DNA of 64,000 nucleotides from a virus: IMG/VR virus record IMGVR_UViG_3300044716_000844, positions 1 to 64,000 of that record; one strand, 5' to 3'. Shown piece by piece: positions 10,551 to 20,464 of this stretch (position 1 is its first letter; each line of letters starts with the position of its first letter). The notes under the pieces were generated by a model. It saw only the letters and a program-made list of their open reading frames with translations, ran no database searches and was not told where the DNA came from. The position numbers and the translations under genes were made by a program.

Positions 10551-11201
10551 ATGGCAACCCTAACAGATAATATAAACGCCCAGAACATTGTTGACCGATT
10601 CGCTGATTACGTAGTTGCGAGCGGGAATGCTAGCATTGTATTCGGTACAAATGCTTTACCCTTTGGCACGTACTCATCGTATTTTCCAGCTATTTTTGGC
10701 GGTACTACAACCGCCGGTAGAGCTATAGCTATTACCGGCACAAACCTAGGCGGATCTGGTTCAGAAATTACTGCTGCTACTATTGTAAGTGTTCTTCGCA
10801 CAGAAACTGCTGCGTATACACGGCTTCGTAAATTAAGAGCAGTATTAAATATCACTGGAACCGGATTGCTTACGGGCCAGCCAAACGACGGCGTGTCTAG
10901 TGTCGACACCATCGTTAACACCCGTGATGATCTCGGGCCAATTTTCGGTCAAGGCCCAGGTATCATTTATGATGAAACATCAAAGGCTAACTTAAACACT
11001 ACCTATGTGCAAACACTCGCTGCAACTGCAAACACCGGTATAGTGACAAGCAGTAGTATTACTACGGCTAACCTAGAAACGTTCTTCACAAACCTAAGAA
11101 CTGCTTATGGCACAGCGAGGGATACCATCCATACAGAACAAGTCAACGTTTGTCACGCATCTTGCCATGCCAACTGCCATAGCTCTCGGGGCCGTAGATA
11201 A
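10551..11201 (+). CDS. Putative radical SAM substrate: structural-like protein with C-terminal (CHxx)3 motif
   Basis: 216 aa, T/A/G/S-rich. All 3 Cys and all 4 His lie in the last 23 residues (HTEQVNVCHASCHANCHSSRGRR). Directly follows an rSAM/SPASM gene. Confidence 0.65.
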   Translation: MATLTDNINAQNIVDRFADYVVASGNASIVFGTNALPFGTYSSYFPAIFGGTTTAGRAIAITGTNLGGSGSEITAATIVSVLRTETAAYTRLRKLRAVLNITGTGLLTGQPNDGVSSVDTIVNTRDDLGPIFGQGPGIIYDETSKANLNTTYVQTLAATANTGIVTSSSITTANLETFFTNLRTAYGTARDTIHTEQVNVCHASCHANCHSSRGRR

Positions 11202-11211
11202 GGATTATACT

Positions 11212-11940
11212 ATGAATATTATAACAACTAAAGCGCCTATTGGTATCGAAGACCTGAAAGTTTATTTTCAAGACAAAAACACCAAATATCTTATTGACTA
11301 TGCAGCGTCTGATTTAAAGGGCGAAAAGTTACTGATCTATTTAGGTAATCTAGATTTACCGTGCGATATTATCTACGATAACAATGAGTCTCTTTACGAG
11401 ATGGTTGAAGCTTATTTGAAATTTAACCATATCGTAAATATAGAGTCGCTTGAGATCAGAGTTATAGATATGCTATTACAAAGAAAAAATCTCAAGAAGC
11501 AATTTACTCCAGAGATTGTTGAAAAGTTGGGCGATTTACTTGATCAATGGACAAACAAACTCGAGTCATTACTGCTGTACAACATGTACATTCTCAATGA
11601 TGAGAATATCAAAGAGAGTATTCAAGAATATCAACACAATGATACAGACAGCACGGTAGGTATAAACTTTGTCAGTCTGTTAAAGCATGAAGAGTTTTAT
11701 GTATTCTTTGAATCCACCGATGAATCAAATTTGGCATACTACTCTAAATACTTCAACGACTATATGTTTAAGGGCCAAAATCTTTACTCCTACTGGGCAA
11801 ACGAGAATAATCCAATGTTCCTATTAACATGGGGTATAGCAAATGGAGTTGTGACTAAGGAAGAATATAATAACAGTATCATGTCATCGTTGATTGAAAT
11901 TCAAAACGACATTCAGGAGTTAGAAAAATGTTCCACTTAA
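11212..11940 (+). CDS. Hypothetical protein in rSAM cluster
   Basis: Probable start MNIITTKAP after an AGGA RBS (ORF track starts at 11107); acidic, no recognisable motif. Confidence 0.65.
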   Translation: MNIITTKAPIGIEDLKVYFQDKNTKYLIDYAASDLKGEKLLIYLGNLDLPCDIIYDNNESLYEMVEAYLKFNHIVNIESLEIRVIDMLLQRKNLKKQFTPEIVEKLGDLLDQWTNKLESLLLYNMYILNDENIKESIQEYQHNDTDSTVGINFVSLLKHEEFYVFFESTDESNLAYYSKYFNDYMFKGQNLYSYWANENNPMFLLTWGIANGVVTKEEYNNSIMSSLIEIQNDIQELEKCST

Positions 11941-13085
11941 TCGGCAAGGTATATCTTGCTCCAGATTTTACTATTGACATGGCACATGATCGAGTTATAA
12001 TTTCTGAAGAAAATGGATTTGCCGCCTTTGAGTTTATTGAAAAGATCATGGGTGGTACTTTACATAAGTTTGGCCACACGGTCGAAGACGTAGTTGGTGA
12101 AGACTTTGTTCAATTTTTCGAAGACCTAATCGAATCTTCAAGCCAAACCGGTAGATCTGTTTACATCTACGCGGATGCGGTGGCTCTTCCAAAAATACAA
12201 GCGTTATGGTTTAAGCTTACGCTCGCTAATATTGATGTTGACACTTGTTTTAAGATATATAACGCGAACGTGCAAAAGTATAACCTGTTTTATAAGACTT
12301 CTTTGATCTCGAGCTCAGGATCAAGATACATAACTCACTCTATTGATCCAGAGTTAATTAGACCTGAACTGAATAGTGTTATAGATCTAGACCTAGATGA
12401 ATCCGTCCGAACTGCATTTTGTGAGAAGCATAAGAATATTCTTGGTATCGAGTATTTGCTTGCCAACTATATTTACAATGGTACCTTTAAAGACGAGCTA
12501 AAAACTTCACTTAAAAGAATAATGAGAAAGCATTTTGACGGTATTCTCTTAGAATACAAGGGCACTTTCCTATCTTATTATACTAATGATGATTTTGCAG
12601 AAAGAGTTCAATTAGAGCATAGGTATTCGTTTGACAATCTTTCTGATTTGTCCGAGGATAATAGTGATATCGTAGAGTTCTTTTTGTCAAAACGTTTATA
12701 TAAGACCGTCGAGTTGGCGAAGCATTCTTCGAATAGCAACTTTGTATTTGAAAACATGACCGAAGATGACGTAGAAACACTTCGAATGTTCACCTCTGCT
12801 TTAGGGTCACATTATAGTTTTGATACTTCTACTCCAGATCATACAAGTGTGTCACCACTACTAAGAGATGGATATAAGTGGCAATTTTTAGATTGTATTC
12901 GTGGTGAATTCACTGATGCTTTGCTCGACAGCATGATAGAAGTTGAAGCTTCGATCAACTATGCAGATGGTATATTCTATAACGTTCTTCTCGAGACAGT
13001 AAACGGATTTACCATTCAACATATTCTACGACTCTACAAGAGTGGCGATACAGATAAGCTGAGAAAATTTATAGTTTTTGAATAA
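11928..13085 (+). CDS. Hypothetical protein in rSAM cluster
   Basis: 385-aa ORF overlapping both neighbours; no recognisable motif. Confidence 0.65.
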   Translation: MFHLIGKVYLAPDFTIDMAHDRVIISEENGFAAFEFIEKIMGGTLHKFGHTVEDVVGEDFVQFFEDLIESSSQTGRSVYIYADAVALPKIQALWFKLTLANIDVDTCFKIYNANVQKYNLFYKTSLISSSGSRYITHSIDPELIRPELNSVIDLDLDESVRTAFCEKHKNILGIEYLLANYIYNGTFKDELKTSLKRIMRKHFDGILLEYKGTFLSYYTNDDFAERVQLEHRYSFDNLSDLSEDNSDIVEFFLSKRLYKTVELAKHSSNSNFVFENMTEDDVETLRMFTSALGSHYSFDTSTPDHTSVSPLLRDGYKWQFLDCIRGEFTDALLDSMIEVEASINYADGIFYNVLLETVNGFTIQHILRLYKSGDTDKLRKFIVFE

Positions 13086-14137
13086 TGCAAAGTGATATCT
13101 TAACAAGAAAAAGAGACTTCGAACAGGAGTACACACTCCATTTGTTTGAGTACTGTAATATATCATGTGCATTCTGCTGGCAAGACCACGACATAAAAGT
13201 TGGCATAGACACTATCACGAATAAGTTAGAGCCTATAGAAAAATTCTTGCAAAAAGAAAAAAGAGATTCGGTTATATTCAATGCTATGGGCGGAGAAGTA
13301 TTTGCGCCTGAACTCTTCGATGAGAGCATTCTCAACGCATACAAAGATCTTAGTATTGGTATTCGCGATCTATGTATGAAATATAATAAGAGCTTCAAAA
13401 TAAACTGGGTAACTAATCTTATCACTGATAAGTACGATTACATCGACGACTTATTCGAGTTTTCTCGTCTAAACAACATCGATGCACACCTTGTAACATC
13501 ATATGATCCACGTGGCCGATTCAACAAAACTACGTTTGAAACGTTTAAAAGAAGCATGGATTACTACAAAGACAAAGTGCAATGTATTAGTATGCTTATG
13601 TCTAAACCGAATGTGGAACACTTATTGAAGTACGGTGATCCGTACTTTGATGAACTATACAAAGCTGGAAAATATATTTACTTTGATTACTATATGCCAG
13701 ATCAATCAGCTCAGTATCAATTTGTATCCGACACGCTTTTGTATCAGTTCTTTAAACACTTGATAGACAAATATCCTAAGACAGAACCGGTGAATTCGTG
13801 GATTGAAAACGATTTTAACTATTTGACTTGCAGGACGAGTAAATTAGTTCTTGCAGACGGTACGATGTGTTTATGTGGCAATCTTGTCCAAGATGACAAG
13901 TCAATAAAGCAGTACTCCAGCAAAATAGAGAAGACTGATAACACAGGTATAGAACATAAATTTATAAGTAAGTATAACTGTTTGGCATGTGAGTATTTCG
14001 GTAGATGCGGCATGGGTTGTTTTATGAGACATGATTATAAGTTTATGGAGGAATTGGATGAGTGCGTCTACAAACTTACGCACAGATATATTGACGATGT
14101 ACGACTACACAGAGGCATCAAACCCGCTCAACGTTAA
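13085..14137 (+). CDS. Radical SAM protein with SPASM-like C-terminus
   Basis: CNISCAFC; MGGEVF; CRTSK...DGTMCLC...CLACEYFGRCGMGC...C. Confidence 0.88.
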   Translation: MQSDILTRKRDFEQEYTLHLFEYCNISCAFCWQDHDIKVGIDTITNKLEPIEKFLQKEKRDSVIFNAMGGEVFAPELFDESILNAYKDLSIGIRDLCMKYNKSFKINWVTNLITDKYDYIDDLFEFSRLNNIDAHLVTSYDPRGRFNKTTFETFKRSMDYYKDKVQCISMLMSKPNVEHLLKYGDPYFDELYKAGKYIYFDYYMPDQSAQYQFVSDTLLYQFFKHLIDKYPKTEPVNSWIENDFNYLTCRTSKLVLADGTMCLCGNLVQDDKSIKQYSSKIEKTDNTGIEHKFISKYNCLACEYFGRCGMGCFMRHDYKFMEELDECVYKLTHRYIDDVRLHRGIKPAQR

Positions 14138-14648
14138 ACTACTCGATAATATTGATGTTGTTGCTGATGATATACCAACTGTGTATCCGTACGTTCCTCG
14201 ACTGTGCAAAGAAACCGGCCATATGTTAATATGGTGGGGAACACGAGATACTGATCCGGATATTGCTGATGACTGTTTCAAAGTAAAGTCAGAACCACAG
14301 TGGATTACTTGTAATGAATTGTGGAAGATTGAAAAAGCGGTTGTCTTAATTTGGCCGTATGAGGATGAGATTATCCTAGGAACCGTAAAATATCCTGGTT
14401 ACATGAAGAGGCGCTCGAGCGTAGAAATACGAAGATGGCTTCGAAAAGTATGGGCAGACGTTGTAGTCATGTTCGGTGACAAGAGAATGATATGTCCATC
14501 AGCTACTTATCTTAATTCTATACATATGTATATGAACCAAATGACAATATCACACGAAGCTTATCATCATAAAATGATGAAGAAGTATGGCTTTAAACGG
14601 TATAACGAAGATTTTTGGGTACGAGAAGCGAATGCAAAAACTAATTGA
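14097..14648 (+). CDS. Hypothetical Trp-rich protein in rSAM cluster
   Basis: Probable start MYDYTEAS; the C-terminal KMMKKYGFK weakly resembles a GNAT motif. Confidence 0.55.
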   Translation: MYDYTEASNPLNVKLLDNIDVVADDIPTVYPYVPRLCKETGHMLIWWGTRDTDPDIADDCFKVKSEPQWITCNELWKIEKAVVLIWPYEDEIILGTVKYPGYMKRRSSVEIRRWLRKVWADVVVMFGDKRMICPSATYLNSIHMYMNQMTISHEAYHHKMMKKYGFKRYNEDFWVREANAKTN

Positions 14649-15684
14649 TTTTACACTTGATATCGCTCACGGCTGTAAATTCAGTTGCACGGGTTGTCAT
14701 ATCGATAAGATAAGCGGACGTTTGCCGTCTTCAGCAGAATTCGATCAGCTAGATAAACTTGTAGACGAAATGAATTCTAACGGCTTTAATGCTATGAATC
14801 TTGCAATCGGTCCAACAGATATCATGACTGCTGAAAACAGAGATGATATACTTCTGCATCCCAGAATCAAAAACTTTGCTAATAAATTTATGAAAACCAC
14901 AATCAACTGCGCCTTCTTAGAACCGCATGAAAGTGATTATGTAGATTTAGGCAAAAAGCTGGATTGGCTGCTTCATGGTAAGATGGTAAAATTTGTAATA
15001 CCATTTGAAGCATTTCACATTGATAACCAATCTTACATTGACAAGATCCGCGAAAAGGTCATGTTGACTGTAGAGAATATGCCGAACGTTATTCACACAA
15101 AAACATATCTCAATGTCAACTACGAAACAACGCAAATATACGACAGGCAGAATAACACTAATCTAACTGCTGAATTGATACTCAAACTATATAACTCAGA
15201 TTTGTTAGACGGACTTGATGTTGATCTAATCTTACCGCATCCACGTTCTAATCTAAGAAATAAGTTTATTGGTTCAGAATTTATCAAAGCAGCTAAGACG
15301 CTGAAACAAACTCTGATTGATGCCCGCGAAAAGTACGGTATAGATAATATATCGATAGCAGAAATAGATGCAGAAGAAGGTAAAGATTGGGATATAATTT
15401 ACAAAACTGGTAAGTTATACATGCCGCCGTTTCTACTTGAAGGCTTAGCATGTTTTGATAAAGTATTTGAGATAGACAGAGAGTGGAGTCTAGCTGGACT
15501 ATACGACTTTTACAACAACAGTTTTGTAAAGCAAGTTGATTGGGCATCTACGGTAACTGAATGCAAAGATTGCAGATTTGTGGGATTGTGTGCGGAGCGC
15601 GGTATACATAATCTTATGATGATAACCGGTACACAAGATTGTATCAGCCCAGCGAAAGATATAGGTGGAAATAGAATATGGTGA
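14632..15684 (+). CDS. Divergent radical SAM protein
   Basis: CKFSCTGC near the N-terminus (start MQKLIDF); no GGEP (AIGPTD instead); partial CKDCRFVGLC...C tail. Confidence 0.75.
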   Translation: MQKLIDFTLDIAHGCKFSCTGCHIDKISGRLPSSAEFDQLDKLVDEMNSNGFNAMNLAIGPTDIMTAENRDDILLHPRIKNFANKFMKTTINCAFLEPHESDYVDLGKKLDWLLHGKMVKFVIPFEAFHIDNQSYIDKIREKVMLTVENMPNVIHTKTYLNVNYETTQIYDRQNNTNLTAELILKLYNSDLLDGLDVDLILPHPRSNLRNKFIGSEFIKAAKTLKQTLIDAREKYGIDNISIAEIDAEEGKDWDIIYKTGKLYMPPFLLEGLACFDKVFEIDREWSLAGLYDFYNNSFVKQVDWASTVTECKDCRFVGLCAERGIHNLMMITGTQDCISPAKDIGGNRIW

Positions 15685-16274
15685 ATGGTGACATGACTAA
15701 CATGAGATTTACCAAGGACACGATGCCTGTCTTTGAATACGAGATACCCAAAGAGCTTATTGACAACGCATTCTTAGGTGCAATCGAACTTTTTGTGGCA
15801 AACGAAACACTCAAAGAGAATTTAGATACTGAGAGTAGATACATCATCGCTAATAAAAACATTGACGGTTCGAAGATATCAACAAAGGTAAATTTCGTTT
15901 CGACTGTTAAAAGTCATATCAAGAATTCTAAGATAGGCGAACTTGCTAACTATATTGAAAAGCTTGTTAAGCAAATGTCGTTAGATCACTACTCAGCCGA
16001 CGTCAATTTTAAAGTACACAACTCGACAGTGTTGATGTATAAAGGCGGAGATAATATCGGAAAGCATAACCACTTTCCTTATTGTTTTGTGGTGGCGATC
16101 TACCTGAATATGCCAGAGAATGCTTCTCCTATTAGCTTAGGCGAGAGTTTAGAAATACACCCGAAAGCAGGGACGTGCTTAATATTTCCTGGTAATCTAT
16201 ATCACGAGGTCAAACAAACTGAGGCTGATCGCATCATGATTACTATGGATATAAAAGTCGTTATAGAGGATTAA
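15678..16274 (+). CDS. 2OG-Fe(II) oxygenase-like protein (HxH type)
   Basis: KHNHFP...AIYLN...PKAGTCLIFPGNLYHEV...RIMITMDI. Confidence 0.8.
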   Translation: MVNGDMTNMRFTKDTMPVFEYEIPKELIDNAFLGAIELFVANETLKENLDTESRYIIANKNIDGSKISTKVNFVSTVKSHIKNSKIGELANYIEKLVKQMSLDHYSADVNFKVHNSTVLMYKGGDNIGKHNHFPYCFVVAIYLNMPENASPISLGESLEIHPKAGTCLIFPGNLYHEVKQTEADRIMITMDIKVVIED

Positions 16275-16275
16275 A

Positions 16276-17940
16276 ATGCTTAATATCTATTGGTTAAATC
16301 CACCACTGTATACCAGAAACTATTATCCAGATATCGCGTGGATGAATTTCAACACCTATATGCCTGAATACAATTGGGTTAAGCCGATCATCGATTGGGA
16401 AAGTATAGTCACTGAAGAAATGATTTTAGACGACATTTTCAAACAAGACATTAGTGTTCTGTGTATCAGTACATACGAATGGAACACAAACCTATGTCAC
16501 GAGATTGCCAAACGAGTCAAGCAAAGAAATCCTAACATCGTCGTAATCAAAGGCGGGCCACAACAAGGGCACAACGAAAAATTCTTTGACGAACATCCGT
16601 ATATAGACTATCTATGCCATGCCACGGGTCATGGAGAGTTGTTCTTAAAAGAATTCTTGAAACAGTATGTGGAACATGGTAAGGTCGTTAGTCCTGAGAA
16701 GGTGACTCATCTAATATCAAGAGACTATGTTGGTCCTGAACTAAAAATAAAGTACTCGTATCCAGAAGAATCGTCAATAGAAAAGAATATGACATACTTG
16801 ATTGAAGTCGGTATGGCATGTGCTTCTCGTAATGCTCAGACAACTATGTTATATGAGACGACGAGAGGGTGCCCGTATTCGTGTGTTTACTGTGAGTGGG
16901 GTGGTGGAACTGGTAGTAAAGTATCAGCAAAATCTGTTGCGCAAATCAAAAAAGAATTGGAAATCATATCCCTTCTGCGATTTGAATCGTTAGAGATAAT
17001 TGACGCTAATTTTGGTATTCTCAAACGGGATGTCGAAGTTGCCGAGTATATCGTAGAGCTATCAAAGAAGTTTGGATATCCGAAAGAAGTGATGTTGTAT
17101 GGATTGGCTAAGACTACTTCAGAAAAGAAAGAAAAGATCTTAGACATCTTCCATGAAGCAGGATTGATGCAAGCTTATTTTATTGCCACGCAAACTCTAA
17201 ATCCTGACGTCATGGGCATAATCCAAAGAACTGACGTATCAGTTGATGAACACATGAGACTAGCTAAAAAGTACAACGAAAAATACAATAGTGCAGCATC
17301 ATTAGAGTTTATTCTAGGACTTCCAGGATTCACTATAGAAGAATTCTATGAACAGATGAACTATTTTCAAGAACTCCACAGTGTAAACGGGTGGAGAAAG
17401 ATGCGTAACATCCTTACAATGTTGCCCAATACTCCACTCGCAGATCCCGAATATATTAAAAAACATAGTATTAAGGTGTCATTTGCCGGGTCAATGGAAA
17501 ATGAAGAGAACGATACTGTTGGCATATCCAATAGCATTCTCAATAAACATAAGGGCCGTATGTCGTTTGTGACTGAAACGTTCAGTTTTAGTTCGGAAGA
17601 ATGGAAGGAAATGTTCATATTGAATAGACTGCAAAGAGAGATTGGTCCTCGGATTAAGAGTCATATCAAGGCAGATAAACTATTCAAATACGTTTATGAA
17701 CAATTCGAAAAAGACGAAAGTGGAGTGTTTAAGAGAGTAAAGCAACACCTTGATGACTTGGTGGACAACAAACTGGTTGACAAAGACGCTCTTATGGTAG
17801 ATAATAGGCTTATCGAAACCGTGATATACGAAGATTTTATACTGCCAAACAAAGAGCTATTCGCTGACATTGATTTTGATTACGAGATGGCGCATGATGG
17901 AAACACATTGATGCATTTGAAATTAGAAAATGACATATAA
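16276..17940 (+). CDS. Cobalamin-dependent radical SAM enzyme (class B methyltransferase-like)
   Basis: N-terminal B12-binding-like segment (ISTYEWN...IKGGPQ...GHGE); ETTRGCPYSCVYCEW; IIDANFG; FILGLPG. Confidence 0.85.
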   Translation: MLNIYWLNPPLYTRNYYPDIAWMNFNTYMPEYNWVKPIIDWESIVTEEMILDDIFKQDISVLCISTYEWNTNLCHEIAKRVKQRNPNIVVIKGGPQQGHNEKFFDEHPYIDYLCHATGHGELFLKEFLKQYVEHGKVVSPEKVTHLISRDYVGPELKIKYSYPEESSIEKNMTYLIEVGMACASRNAQTTMLYETTRGCPYSCVYCEWGGGTGSKVSAKSVAQIKKELEIISLLRFESLEIIDANFGILKRDVEVAEYIVELSKKFGYPKEVMLYGLAKTTSEKKEKILDIFHEAGLMQAYFIATQTLNPDVMGIIQRTDVSVDEHMRLAKKYNEKYNSAASLEFILGLPGFTIEEFYEQMNYFQELHSVNGWRKMRNILTMLPNTPLADPEYIKKHSIKVSFAGSMENEENDTVGISNSILNKHKGRMSFVTETFSFSSEEWKEMFILNRLQREIGPRIKSHIKADKLFKYVYEQFEKDESGVFKRVKQHLDDLVDNKLVDKDALMVDNRLIETVIYEDFILPNKELFADIDFDYEMAHDGNTLMHLKLENDI

Positions 17941-18526
17941 ACAATACGACTTATGGACTGCAAACATAGAAATTCATGATGACTTTATCACAGATAAGGT
18001 TCTATATGAGCAGCTGATCAAAGAATCATCTATCAGTAAAACGATAGATGGTCAAAATGTTTTGGGTCTAACACCAGCACAAAAACAAATCCACAATTTG
18101 GTTACGATGGTGGTCGTTAGTTATTGTATGCGGAATGGTATCGACTATGACAATCTGACGTTTACAGAACTGCAGAAGGGTTCTTTACACAAGTATGATC
18201 AAACCATGGTGAGTAATCACTTATATGAACCGCACGACGATCGAGTCGAGGGATCTTTCTTGACAGCTCTTTACTATATCGATAGTTCATATGATAAATA
18301 CTCTTCTAATTGGGTCGGAGGTGAACTGACCATTTACAAGAATCTGACGTTCGCTGAATACCCCAACAACTCTATCAATATCCTGCCCAAGCAAAACAGA
18401 TTGGTGATCTTCCCGGGATTCAATGTCCATAGGGTCAAACCGTACTTCGGTGACAAGCCAAGAACATCACTAGTGTTTGGATGGTCAGTTAACGATCAAC
18501 CACAAACCGAATCATTGACTGTATAA
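17930..18526 (+). CDS. 2OG-Fe(II) oxygenase (prolyl-4-hydroxylase-like)
   Basis: PHDD (HxD); LTALYY; GGEL; PKQNRLVIFPGFNVHRVKP; RTSLV. Confidence 0.85.
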   Translation: MTYKQYDLWTANIEIHDDFITDKVLYEQLIKESSISKTIDGQNVLGLTPAQKQIHNLVTMVVVSYCMRNGIDYDNLTFTELQKGSLHKYDQTMVSNHLYEPHDDRVEGSFLTALYYIDSSYDKYSSNWVGGELTIYKNLTFAEYPNNSINILPKQNRLVIFPGFNVHRVKPYFGDKPRTSLVFGWSVNDQPQTESLTV

Positions 18527-18527
18527 T

Positions 18528-19565
18528 ATGGACCTTATTATTAAGCCGACTGAAGTGTGTAACTTCAAATGCACATTCTGTTCATCAACGAAGATATCAG
18601 AAGAACATACGTCTCAACTTGATCTTGAACGCGTCTTTCGTTTTCTTAAACGATATCCGAACACAAGCACTATCATCGTGAATGGTGGTGATCCTCTGAT
18701 GATGAGTCCGGCATATTACTGGAGACTCATCAAACACCTGGATGATAATAACTATCCTGCTACTATATCTCTTACGACTAATCTTTGGCCGTTCTATAAG
18801 AATGTGTCAAAGTGGAAACAACTGTTCCTGCACCCGCGCATAGGTGTAGCCACGTCTTTTCAGTATGGGAATGGAAGACTCAAAGGTGATTACTCAGTGT
18901 TCACCGAAGAAGACTTCTGGAATGCTTCGAATGCAATGCTTGAGCATATCGGATACCGCCCAACCTTTCTTGCAGTGATTACGGAAGAGAATGAAGATAC
19001 TGTTATACAGACAGTTGAGTTAGCTAAAAGAATGGGTGTAGTCTGCAAAGTCAACTATGCCATGGCAAGCGGTGATCAAGATAAGCCATATAGACTATCA
19101 AAGATCTATGAGAAATATGTTGAGATCTGGAAAGCTGGTTTAGCGCCGTGGGAACATAATACTCAGCAAATGTTAAAGCGGCTGAAAGGCGAGAATACTA
19201 TATGCCCGCAAAGCCGAACATGTGACTCAAACATTCGTAACATTAATCCTGAGGGTGATTACTATTCATGTGGTGCTTTCGGTGACGATCGTGATAAGGA
19301 GATTGACTTCGAATACGAGATGGCCGGTGGATTTTCTACTCCTTTGACGGACGACCTGAATCTACTATCGCTTAAGAAGTCATGCTTTACTTGCCCGATG
19401 TTCGAGATATGTAATGGTTGCAGAAAGACTGTGAAAGACCTAAAGAACTTTGGAATGGTTGAAGATCATTGTAAACATATGAAACAACTTGCACCAGAGA
19501 TTATTCGTGCGAATGGTCTTAATTTAGAACCAACACCTTATGTTGACGAATCATGTATACAGTAA
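18528..19565 (+). CDS. Radical SAM/SPASM protein
   Basis: IIKPTEVCNFKCTFC; NGGDPL; CPQSRTC...GDYYSC...CFTCPMFEICNGC...C. Confidence 0.92.
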   Translation: MDLIIKPTEVCNFKCTFCSSTKISEEHTSQLDLERVFRFLKRYPNTSTIIVNGGDPLMMSPAYYWRLIKHLDDNNYPATISLTTNLWPFYKNVSKWKQLFLHPRIGVATSFQYGNGRLKGDYSVFTEEDFWNASNAMLEHIGYRPTFLAVITEENEDTVIQTVELAKRMGVVCKVNYAMASGDQDKPYRLSKIYEKYVEIWKAGLAPWEHNTQQMLKRLKGENTICPQSRTCDSNIRNINPEGDYYSCGAFGDDRDKEIDFEYEMAGGFSTPLTDDLNLLSLKKSCFTCPMFEICNGCRKTVKDLKNFGMVEDHCKHMKQLAPEIIRANGLNLEPTPYVDESCIQ

Positions 19566-20464
19566 GTATCAATCCTTCTTACTTCTGCAACTTTAGCTGT
19601 GACTTCTGTTATCTGACTGAATCACAACTTCGTGATTCAAAGAAAATAGAATTGAACCGGCTTGACGAACTTTTGAGTCAAGTGCCGTCGATCGAGCATA
19701 TCGATTTATATGGCGGTGAGATTGGTGCTTTGAAAAAAGACTACTTCTATGCAATGAAAGATGTTATTCGAAAGCATTATAACGGAGAGATCAACGTAAT
19801 TACGAATTACTCTATGATTCATGAAGGGTTCTATGCCGACGATGTGTATCTTTCAGTGTCATACGACTTTGCTGCTCGTGAGAAGTCTGAGCTCGTTTAT
19901 AAGAACATGCTTATGTCTCCGGTTCCTATTGCTGTACTCATACTTGCATCGCCTCAAGTTCTGAAGATGGATGTGGAAGAGATGATTAGCATGCTAAATC
20001 TTTGTTCCTCTATCGATTCAGTTGAGATCAAACCATATTCAATTAATCAGGCAAACTCGTATAATGTTACTCATCGAGATTACGAGAACTTTGTTATAAA
20101 GTGGCTAACCGCGTCTACACCCAAACGGTTTCGTTTTATAAACGAGGATCATATTCAAGATTCGTACGAAGGACTGTATAATGCGTTCTCTGATAACCAC
20201 GTCTACATAACACCGAACGGAAAATTTGGTGTACTTGAGTTCGATAAATATGACAAGGAGTACTTCTTAGAACTCGAGTCTTGGAACGAATACATTCAAT
20301 GGACTCAGAAAGAAAAGAACGAACTCAGCGATATATGTAAACAGTGTAAGTATTACGGTGGCTGTTTAACAGAACATTACCGATATGTCGAGAATTTAGA
20401 AAATAGTTGCAATGGTTACAAGGGTCTTTTAGATTGGTACGGTGAATGCAAGAGTGGAAAATAA
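19553..20464 (+). CDS. Radical SAM protein with SPASM-like C-terminus
   Basis: CNFSCDFCY; LYGGEI; CKQCKYYGGC...SC. Confidence 0.88.
   Translation: MYTVSINPSYFCNFSCDFCYLTESQLRDSKKIELNRLDELLSQVPSIEHIDLYGGEIGALKKDYFYAMKDVIRKHYNGEINVITNYSMIHEGFYADDVYLSVSYDFAAREKSELVYKNMLMSPVPIAVLILASPQVLKMDVEEMISMLNLCSSIDSVEIKPYSINQANSYNVTHRDYENFVIKWLTASTPKRFRFINEDHIQDSYEGLYNAFSDNHVYITPNGKFGVLEFDKYDKEYFLELESWNEYIQWTQKEKNELSDICKQCKYYGGCLTEHYRYVENLENSCNGYKGLLDWYGECKSGK

Noticed and set aside
11151-11201. c-type heme-binding motif in CHASCHANCH
   Set aside because: Spacing is CxxxCH rather than canonical CxxCH, and there is no signal peptide or cytochrome c maturation gene in the window.
9529-20464. Radical SAMs as QueE, NrdG, MoaA, PqqE or anaerobic sulfatase maturases
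   Set aside because: No partner genes (queC/queD/folE, nrdD, moaC, pqqA-D, sulfatase) are in the window, and the QueE-type motif context is absent. Not fully excluded without a phylogeny.
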